Virus record (IMG/VR): IMGVR_UViG_3300023174_000135
Length of the DNA: 64,000 bases
Strand: one strand, 5' to 3'
Source of the DNA: a virus
Lineage: Duplodnaviria > Heunggongvirae > Uroviricota > Caudoviricetes
The first letter of the stretch is position 1; each line of letters starts with the position of its first letter. The notes beneath the pieces are model-generated. The model was not told the origin of the DNA. It ran no database searches and saw only the letters and a program-made list of their open reading frames with translations. Below are positions 57,869 through 64,000 of this stretch, in pieces. The position numbers and the translations under genes were made by a program.

Positions 57869-58180
57869 ATGAAATATTTGTGTTTATTTGAAAGGCTTTT
57901 TATTTCTAAATCAAATATAGAAGGCGAAGGTTTATTTAGCACATCGGATATACCTTCTGGAAAACTTATTTGTCAAATAGCTAATTTAGAAAAATTTGAT
58001 AAAACTGAAAAATGGATAAATGAATGGGGTCATAAAATAAATCATTCAGATAAACCAACTGCTGAAGTTGAGATATTTGGGAGCAAATGTTTTATTAAAG
58101 CAATAGAACATATAAGCCCCGGAGAAGAAATAACAACTGACTATAAAACTATACCAAATTTCTTTAATAAGAAAATTTAA
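57869..58180 (+). CDS. minimal SET-domain protein (putative protein-lysine methyltransferase, 103 aa)
   Basis: GEGLFSTSDIPSGKLI (GxG SAM-binding start), INHSDKP (NHSxxPN), GEEITTDY (ELTxDY) in canonical order; no pre- or post-SET Cys clusters. Confidence 0.6.
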   Translation: MKYLCLFERLFISKSNIEGEGLFSTSDIPSGKLICQIANLEKFDKTEKWINEWGHKINHSDKPTAEVEIFGSKCFIKAIEHISPGEEITTDYKTIPNFFNKKI

Positions 58181-58182
58181 TT

Positions 58183-58641
58183 TTATCTTTTAATAAATTT
58201 ATTTAATTCGTAGAAATTATTAATCAATAAGATTGATGAAACTATTTTTCCTTCTATTCTTTTTATCCTTAAATCAATTGATTCTATTTTAACAGCATAA
58301 TTAGACCATTTACCACCATATTTTTTGTAATTGAAATTATTATATACTATATCACCAACAGTAAAAATAGTTCCGTTACATTTACATGAATTAATTAACA
58401 TCTCTAATTTATCTTGATCTTTAACAAAATAATTTAATAAATTATTATTCAATTCTAAAATTGAATTATCCGAATTAATTAATGATAAAATTAAAGCATT
58501 AGAAGGTAGCAATGCCTTTGATGATTTAAACTCATCAACAATTGCCATATCTGTTTCAGCTCCTAATTTGTTTTTTAGTAATTCTAATACTAGTTCGTCA
58601 GTCCAGTAAATTTCCATTTTATTAAATTTGAGTATTTCCAA
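58183..58641 (-). CDS. hypothetical protein
   Basis: 152-aa ORF overlapping the upstream SPFH gene by 20 nt. Confidence 0.45.
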   Translation of the reverse strand: MEILKFNKMEIYWTDELVLELLKNKLGAETDMAIVDEFKSSKALLPSNALILSLINSDNSILELNNNLLNYFVKDQDKLEMLINSCKCNGTIFTVGDIVYNNFNYKKYGGKWSNYAVKIESIDLRIKRIEGKIVSSILLINNFYELNKFIKR

Positions 58642-59167
58642 TAATTCTTATTGTTTTGATTAAAGCTAAATCACTTAAAGTTATTTTTTCAACTTTAATT
58701 CCCCATTCTGATAAAATTTCCTGGGCTTTTTGTGTGGCATCTTCTTCAATACCATCTAAAACTTCTTCCCAATCTAAATTTTTAACAGAATTGTTAATTA
58801 TACCTTGAACAGTATCACCTATTGCATCATGTGCATCCCAAACTTTTAAAGTATAGTCTTGAATGTTATCGATGTGGAATCTAACAATAGCTTTAACAAC
58901 AACACTTTTATCATCTTTGGTAGTAAGTGTTTGTGGATTTAAATGTGTTGTTTGTGTAACCGTAAAACATTGATAGACCGAATCTGCAAAAGGCATTTTA
59001 AAATAAATACCACCTTTGACAACTCTATGAAATTTACCAAATCTTAAAATACAGGCAGATTCCATTTCGGATACAATAATCCAAAAAACTAATTCATTCC
59101 AAATTGTTTTAATTAACTCAAATAATTTATCGAACATAAAGCAAAGATACAAAAAAATAATTGACAA
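58622..59167 (-). CDS. SPFH/band-7 (stomatin/prohibitin-like) domain protein
   Basis: N-terminal TM, then ESACILRFGKFHRVVKGGIYFKMPFADSV...VVVKAIVRFHIDNIQDY...AQEILSEWGIKVEKITLSDL is collinear with the SPFH consensus. Confidence 0.65.
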   Translation of the reverse strand: MSIIFLYLCFMFDKLFELIKTIWNELVFWIIVSEMESACILRFGKFHRVVKGGIYFKMPFADSVYQCFTVTQTTHLNPQTLTTKDDKSVVVKAIVRFHIDNIQDYTLKVWDAHDAIGDTVQGIINNSVKNLDWEEVLDGIEEDATQKAQEILSEWGIKVEKITLSDLALIKTIRIIGNTQI

Positions 59168-59196
59168 AAAAAATTTTAATTTTAACTTTTTTTTCG

Positions 59197-59204
59197 TATT
59201 TTTG
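59197..59204 (+). promoter_or_regulatory. putative -7 promoter box TATTTTTG (context cgtatttttgtaaaag) with TTGACA-like element upstream
   Basis: 32 nt upstream of the ATG at 59236. Confidence 0.3.
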
Positions 59205-59235
59205 TAAAAGAAAGTAAAATTAAATTAAACTAAAA

Positions 59236-59499
59236 ATGTATATTAAAAAAGTTAAAACTGATAAAACACATAAATGGGTTTTATGTGATGAAAAAAATGA
59301 ACTTCGTATTATTGGCAATGAAACATTATTAAAAAAATTAGAAAATTTAGAACTTGGTTCTTATGATTTTCTATTTAATGAAGAAATGCTTGTGCAATGG
59401 AGATTGAGAAGCACAAAATTGGAATTTACAGATAGATTTTTAGAATCACCAGAAGCATGGGTTAGGCATATTAAAATTAATGACATCCTAAAAGATTAA
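59236..59499 (+). CDS. hypothetical protein
   Basis: 87-aa ORF followed by a terminator. Confidence 0.45.
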   Translation: MYIKKVKTDKTHKWVLCDEKNELRIIGNETLLKKLENLELGSYDFLFNEEMLVQWRLRSTKLEFTDRFLESPEAWVRHIKINDILKD

Positions 59500-59527
59500 A
59501 AGACGATCTAATGATCGTCTTTTTTTT
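59498..59527 (+). terminator. intrinsic terminator
   Basis: AAAAGACGATC-TAAT-GATCGTCTTTTTTTT. Confidence 0.75.
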
Positions 59528-59538
59528 ATATATACCTT

Positions 59539-60213
59539 ATGCAACATTTACTTTCTTTTGGATTATTTGAAAATAAAACTGATACATTTTATGGCTATAA
59601 AATAGTTGCTTATGATGGTGAACGCTATTATTCTCTTTATAGTAAACAAACTTTAAACCTTGTAATAGGGGAAACAATTAGTTTTGGTGGAGAAGGTTTA
59701 TTTTTAGGCTCAACACCTGAATTTTGTATTGATTATTACGCTGGTGGTACAGATGATCAAGATGCTTTATTAAAATTTGAATTTAATAAAAATGATATAA
59801 TAAAAGGTGATATAGATGATTACATAAAACACGGAACAAGTGGTGAAATTCAAGTTCGTAAAGCAAAATTGGTAGATATAAAATTACTTGATTTAGATAC
59901 AAATACAATACTTGAATCTCATAAAGAAAAATTAGGCAATTTATGTGAAATTAAAATTAATTTTCCGGAAGCAGATTTTTGGCTTCAAAGAAATGGCGCA
60001 ATTGAAAATGTTGGCAAACCACATAAAAAATTTTTTGCGGATGACATTGGAGTTAAAGTTATTGCCACAGATATAATTGATACTAACTATTTGTTTTATT
60101 ATTTAACTTATTTACATTCATTAGGCGAATTTGGTAAGTTAGCATCTTATACAACCAAATTACATCATATTAGAGTTTCGGATATTAAAAATTTAACCCT
60201 AAACTTTCGATAA
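59539..60213 (+). CDS. hypothetical protein
   Basis: 224-aa ORF; C-terminal half faintly resembles a type I restriction S-subunit target-recognition fold; not claimed. Confidence 0.45.
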   Translation: MQHLLSFGLFENKTDTFYGYKIVAYDGERYYSLYSKQTLNLVIGETISFGGEGLFLGSTPEFCIDYYAGGTDDQDALLKFEFNKNDIIKGDIDDYIKHGTSGEIQVRKAKLVDIKLLDLDTNTILESHKEKLGNLCEIKINFPEADFWLQRNGAIENVGKPHKKFFADDIGVKVIATDIIDTNYLFYYLTYLHSLGEFGKLASYTTKLHHIRVSDIKNLTLNFR

Positions 60214-60234
60214 AAAAAGTTTATAAAGTTATAT

Positions 60235-61080
60235 ATGTCTGAGAACAAAAAACCCAAAAAAGTCAAAAAAACCAAAAAAAAATCACATAAAAAAGAATTA
60301 CCTAATAAATGTATTGTATGTGGTAAGCCTTGCCGCAGAATGTTTTGCTGCGCTAAATGTAAATTTGCGGATTTTAAAAAAAGAAGATCAGTAAATAATT
60401 GTCTTATATGCGGAAAACCTTGCACTAATCTTTATTGCTCAACAACTTGTTCTGGCATAGATAATATCAAAGAAGCATACAAAGCAACTTGCGAATTTTG
60501 CGGAAAAGAATTTACCTACAAAATACCAGCATATAAAAAAAGAGGACAAATGCGGTTTTGCTCCTATAAATGCAAATCCTCTAAGTATATTATTAATGAT
60601 AACTTTTTCAAAGGCTCAGATAATATCCCTCAGATATATCAAACAATGGGATTTATATTTGCGGCTGGTGTAATAATGGATATCAAATTAGGAATAATTG
60701 ATTTAATTGCTGAAGAAGAAAAATTAAAAAAAATAGCCGCTGCAATGAATTCAACTTATAAAATCCAAAAAACCGATAATAACTTATATAGAACTTATAT
60801 AAGAAGTAATGAAATTACAGATTATTTATTTGATTTAGGATTTACCTCAACACATGAAACTCATCAATTTCCAACTATTTTACCTGAATATAAATTAGAT
60901 TTTATTAAAGGTTTTGCATCAGTTAACTCGGAATTACATCAAAATGATGAAATAATGTTTGTAAAAATTAAAAGTTATTCAATAGCAAGAGAAATAGCCG
61001 AAATATTACAATGTGAATTAGTTACCAAACATTTAGGATTTATTTGTATAGTGCGTGATCCGAAAATTTTAAGTTTGTAA
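60235..61080 (+). CDS. zinc-ribbon-rich basic protein (5 CxxC pairs) with possible degenerate LAGLIDADG-like C-terminal half
   Basis: CIVCGKPC, CCAKCK, CLICGKPC, CSTTCSG, CEFCGKEF, CSYKCK; later GFIFAAGVIMD and KGFASVNS weakly resemble paired LAGLIDADG helices. Confidence 0.5.
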   Translation: MSENKKPKKVKKTKKKSHKKELPNKCIVCGKPCRRMFCCAKCKFADFKKRRSVNNCLICGKPCTNLYCSTTCSGIDNIKEAYKATCEFCGKEFTYKIPAYKKRGQMRFCSYKCKSSKYIINDNFFKGSDNIPQIYQTMGFIFAAGVIMDIKLGIIDLIAEEEKLKKIAAAMNSTYKIQKTDNNLYRTYIRSNEITDYLFDLGFTSTHETHQFPTILPEYKLDFIKGFASVNSELHQNDEIMFVKIKSYSIAREIAEILQCELVTKHLGFICIVRDPKILSL

Positions 61081-61084
61081 AACT

Positions 61085-61462
61085 TTATTTTGTAAAATTA
61101 TCCTTTGTAATTTCATGCTTTATTTCTAAAGTATCAGCATCTACCAAATAAACAGGTATATTATTTTGGAGAGCAACTTTAATTTCATCTGAAACTCCGG
61201 TGGAAATATTCCAACCTTCTAAATCAAGAACATATAATTTTTCAGATGCTAAAACATATTGTCTACAAAAATTATCCCAAAATTCATATGAATCAGGTAA
61301 ATTTTGTCCAGACTTTTCAATTAAAGTTAAACCAAAAAGTAATGGTGATACCGGAATGTTACCAGATTTTGTAACAAGTAAACAAGCATCAACAAGTTTT
61401 TTTATACGAAATTTTTTAACCGCTTCATCTTTTGATGAATACGGTGCAGATAACATTATCAT
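61085..61462 (-). CDS. hypothetical protein, possibly DUF1937 / nucleoside 2-deoxyribosyltransferase-like fold
   Basis: MIMLSAPYSSKDEAVKKFRIKKLVDACLLVTKSGNIPVSPL resembles the N-terminal pattern of that family; weak. Confidence 0.35.
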   Translation of the reverse strand: MIMLSAPYSSKDEAVKKFRIKKLVDACLLVTKSGNIPVSPLLFGLTLIEKSGQNLPDSYEFWDNFCRQYVLASEKLYVLDLEGWNISTGVSDEIKVALQNNIPVYLVDADTLEIKHEITKDNFTK

Positions 61463-61638
61463 TTTCCAGTTTTTACTTGTCTTAAATTATTTGCCCAAGA
61501 ATTAAAATCAACTTTTTCATCTGGCATACAAGTTGATTTTATCCGCAATTCGCCAATTTTTGGATAATTAGCTGACATACCTTTGGCTGTCTCACCAGTA
61601 AATACTTGTGATAATTTTGATAGAAATTTTTTTACCAT
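61459..61638 (-). CDS. unannotated 59-aa ORF translationally coupled on both sides
   Basis: Its start overlaps the upstream stop (ATGGTAA) and its stop overlaps the downstream ATG (ATGATAATG). Confidence 0.3.
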   Translation of the reverse strand: MVKKFLSKLSQVFTGETAKGMSANYPKIGELRIKSTCMPDEKVDFNSWANNLRQVKTGK

Positions 61639-61892
61639 AATTTTATTTTTTCTTTATCCAAAAAAGGATATTTGTTCAGATATTGCCATTTTATTTTTTC
61701 AGCTTCTTCATCGGTTTGATGAAATAAATCACATATTAAATCTTGATATATGTCCTCTATATCAGACTCAGTGCGTTCCGGTAATTCATAACCAGATGCC
61801 CAACATTCAGGTTTTTCCATAATAAAATTGTAATTAAGATTTGAATCTCCAAATAATACCAATACAATCTTCACCATACCATATTTCACCAA
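61632..61892 (-). CDS. hypothetical small protein
   Basis: 86-aa ORF in the coupled minus-strand run. Confidence 0.4.
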   Translation of the reverse strand: MVKYGMVKIVLVLFGDSNLNYNFIMEKPECWASGYELPERTESDIEDIYQDLICDLFHQTDEEAEKIKWQYLNKYPFLDKEKIKLW

Positions 61893-62166
61893 CTTGTATA
61901 TTTTCGTTGGCGTAATTATTACGCCAAATTAGATGTCCCATTTTTTCAAGTTGTTCTAATTCGTGTGTATGTTGTGAATGAGGACAATACTCAATTGGTT
62001 GTCCGTTAAATCTGGATTGTAATTGTTCTAAAGCCCACTCTTGTTTAGTATCAAAACAAATTAAATGATACCAAAATATATTAGACAGATGTTGTCTATC
62101 CATTGTTTCAGTAGCAATTTCTCTTCCGTTAAAAGTTGTCCAAACTTTTTTATCAGTGCTTAACAT
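61834..62166 (-). CDS. hypothetical protein (His-rich)
   Basis: 110-aa ORF. Confidence 0.4.
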   Translation of the reverse strand: MLSTDKKVWTTFNGREIATETMDRQHLSNIFWYHLICFDTKQEWALEQLQSRFNGQPIEYCPHSQHTHELEQLEKMGHLIWRNNYANENIQVGEIWYGEDCIGIIWRFKS

Positions 62167-62275
62167 TTATTTTTTCTTTTAACAAAGATAAGAAGAAAAA
62201 GCGAAAAAACAAAAACAGAATTGTTAATAACTTTTAACACATTAAAATTAATTAATATATAAAAATAAAATTATT

Positions 62276-62530
62276 ATGCTAACCGTTCAAATTAATCCCG
62301 TTCAAATAATGAACCAACAAGGAACTCAATTATCTACTTATATAATCCATTATGATTTGGATGCACAAAACTGCACTACATTTTGGATGTTAAAAGATGC
62401 AAATGGCAATCGTCTTTATGAAGGAAATTACAATATACCTGCCGATGTTTTAACAAATTGGGGTTCAGATGATAATGTAATTATACAGGCTGTTGCTGAT
62501 GGTTTGGGCTTTACTATTATCACAGAATAA
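62276..62530 (+). CDS. hypothetical small protein
   Basis: 84-aa ORF ending at a bidirectional terminator. Confidence 0.4.
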   Translation: MLTVQINPVQIMNQQGTQLSTYIIHYDLDAQNCTTFWMLKDANGNRLYEGNYNIPADVLTNWGSDDNVIIQAVADGLGFTIITE

Positions 62531-62563
62531 AAAAAAAACTGCTCAATTTTGAGCAGTTTTTTT
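62531..62563. terminator. bidirectional intrinsic terminator
   Basis: AAAAAAAACTGCTCAA-TT-TTGAGCAGTTTTTTT between convergent genes. Confidence 0.75.
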
Positions 62564-62610
62564 ATTGCTTATCTAAGCAAGCAAATTGATTTTTAAGCGA
62601 AATTTGATAC

Positions 62611-63321
62611 TTAAAAAAGCGTTTTATAGTAGTTTATTTCTTTTTTTGCTTGAATGTTTGATAATATGGATTTTTGATATTCTCCAGGTAAGTCATAAAC
62701 TTTTTTTATAGCTTTATGAATTTCAAATTCCGTCATAATAGCATCATTAATATCTTCCATACCTAACTTTTTTAGAACAATTGTATACATATCACTTTCA
62801 TCCGCTGATATCATATATTTCGTTATATATTCATTTCTTTCTTTTTCTGAAATGTTTTTAATACCACCGTGTTTTTTAATAATTTCCGCATAACAATTAT
62901 AGTATGCTACAATACTAGCAATATCTCTGCAAAAATCTTGTGTCCATAATTTATTAGTATCAGAATACATAAGGTCTAATATATTATCATTTATTAGACC
63001 ATATAATTGCTGCCTTTCAGTATACTTATCTTTATCACCAATGAATTGTATGCGATTATTTTCAACAAAGAATAATTCTTTTGGACGATTTTTGGTATTA
63101 ATAATTTTTAATGCTTCTTCTTTGGTAAGAAATGTAAAATTATTAGCATTAAACTTATTGATTTGATAATTAACTATTTTATTTTTATCATAGTTAAGAA
63201 ATCTATAAGAATTATTCCAAGCCCATAATTTGAATATACCAATATCACCTTTTTTATTTAGAGCGAATTGATTATGCATTTTATCTGCATCAATTATAGC
63301 ATTAAACTTTGTTTGTATCAT
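62611..63321 (-). CDS. hypothetical protein
   Basis: 236-aa ORF. Confidence 0.5.
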   Translation of the reverse strand: MIQTKFNAIIDADKMHNQFALNKKGDIGIFKLWAWNNSYRFLNYDKNKIVNYQINKFNANNFTFLTKEEALKIINTKNRPKELFFVENNRIQFIGDKDKYTERQQLYGLINDNILDLMYSDTNKLWTQDFCRDIASIVAYYNCYAEIIKKHGGIKNISEKERNEYITKYMISADESDMYTIVLKKLGMEDINDAIMTEFEIHKAIKKVYDLPGEYQKSILSNIQAKKEINYYKTLF

Positions 63322-63362
63322 ACCTGATTTTTTTATTGTTAAAACTTAAAGCGATGAGTAAA

Positions 63363-63845
63363 TTAGTCACCGCCTCCACCACCGTCTCCACCTCCGCCGT
63401 CTCCACCTCCGCCGTCACCACCTCCACTATCACCTCCGCTATCACCGCTACCTTCGCTACTTTCAGAACCACCTTCAGCATCTGCTGTTTCATTTCCATT
63501 TTCTGTTGAATTAGCTTCCATATCACTTTCAACTTCTGCCGGAAGTTCTGTTTCGCTAATTTCCTGTTCTGGTTGTTCTTCGGCATTTGCAGGAACTGGT
63601 TTTGATGCTGCTGATGTCCATGCTGCATTGCTAAAATTAGTAACTGGTGTTGGTGATGAATATGTATAAGATGAATTGCCGTTATCAGAGTTAATAACAT
63701 ACCAATAGATGAAATCATCATCTATTAATTCTGTTAATTCTCCTTTTTCGTTAGGAACCGTATATACATGAACTTTTTGTTTATGTTTGTGTCCAACACA
63801 ACCAACAAATAAAAATAAACTTAATAATACTAATAGATGTTTCAT
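63363..63845 (-). CDS. lipoprotein with Gly/Asp-rich C-terminal low-complexity tail
   Basis: MKHLLVLLSLFLFVGCVG signal peptide plus lipobox; C-terminal (GGGD)n encoded by a GC-rich ccgcctccacc repeat. Confidence 0.5.
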   Translation of the reverse strand: MKHLLVLLSLFLFVGCVGHKHKQKVHVYTVPNEKGELTELIDDDFIYWYVINSDNGNSSYTYSSPTPVTNFSNAAWTSAASKPVPANAEEQPEQEISETELPAEVESDMEANSTENGNETADAEGGSESSEGSGDSGGDSGGGDGGGGDGGGGDGGGGGD

Positions 63846-64000
63846 AATTTTTCTTTTTATTTTTTAATGTTTACCTATTTCTTTTTCTGAATGTCCGCAA
63901 CCATGATTGGCTGTTTTTTCGTGCAAGTAATCTATAATTGCTAAGATTAAAGCGCCTAAAAGAAATATACTATGTATGATTAATTGATTTTTTAAAATTT

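Noticed and set aside
1-64000. Giant eukaryotic virus (Mimivirus-like) origin, suggested by collagen-like genes, a SET domain, TnpB and homing endonucleases
   Set aside because: Bacterial-type intrinsic terminators with T-runs, Bacteroidota-type TAnnTTTG promoter boxes, lipobox lipoproteins, PspC and MgtC homologs and tight operon-style translational coupling all favour a bacteriophage or prophage. Cannot be fully excluded without homology searches.
1-64000. tRNA, rRNA, integrase or attachment-site features
   Set aside because: No cloverleaf-compatible GC-rich 70-90-nt segments, no tyrosine/serine recombinase motifs and no flanking direct repeats were recognisable by eye. Absence is not proof; a tRNAscan-type search is needed.

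Overview
AT-rich (about 30% GC) window, densely coded, with the gene content of a large tailed phage or prophage rather than a bacterial core chromosome. Several lines point to a Bacteroidota-type host, but this is inferred only from promoter boxes of the form TAnnTTTG, intrinsic bidirectional terminators and lipoprotein/secretion signals; no rRNA, tRNA, integrase or att site is visible. Layout: (i) 1-12.1 kb, mostly plus-strand accessory genes: GIY-YIG homing endonuclease, MazG-like pyrophosphatase, a PRPP-synthetase-family enzyme with extensions, PspC-domain protein, Nudix hydrolase, tandem paralogs, a minimal nucleotidyltransferase. (ii) 12.1-41.6 kb, a 29.5 kb run of co-oriented minus-strand genes encoding very large virion-surface or tail-fibre-like proteins. 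Nine paralogs carry an N-terminal concanavalin-A/LamG-type domain; three carry collagen-like G-X-Y repeats with C1q/TNF-like globular modules; one has a 7-repeat beta-propeller region; a ~60-aa module is shared among three of the largest. A solitary TnpB-like (IS605 OrfB family) gene is wedged into this array. (iii) 41.7-64 kb, mixed-orientation accessory genes: an M42-like peptidase-domain protein just downstream of the structural block, two HNH homing endonucleases, a CoaD/NMNAT-like adenylyltransferase, an MgtC/SapB-family membrane protein, RNase HI, an HD-domain protein, an AAA-type ATPase coupled to a glycosyltransferase-like protein, a 103-aa SET-domain protein, an SPFH/band-7 protein, a compositionally aberrant Ala-rich gene next to a repeat-rich 400-bp intergenic hub, a zinc-ribbon-rich protein and several lipoproteins. 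Most exciting candidates: the mosaic, recombination-prone fibre array with its embedded TnpB; a possible NAD/nucleotide counter-defence gene set; the tiny viral-type SET methyltransferase; and the phage-borne MgtC homolog. Family assignments rest on motif recognition by eye; no database search was possible.
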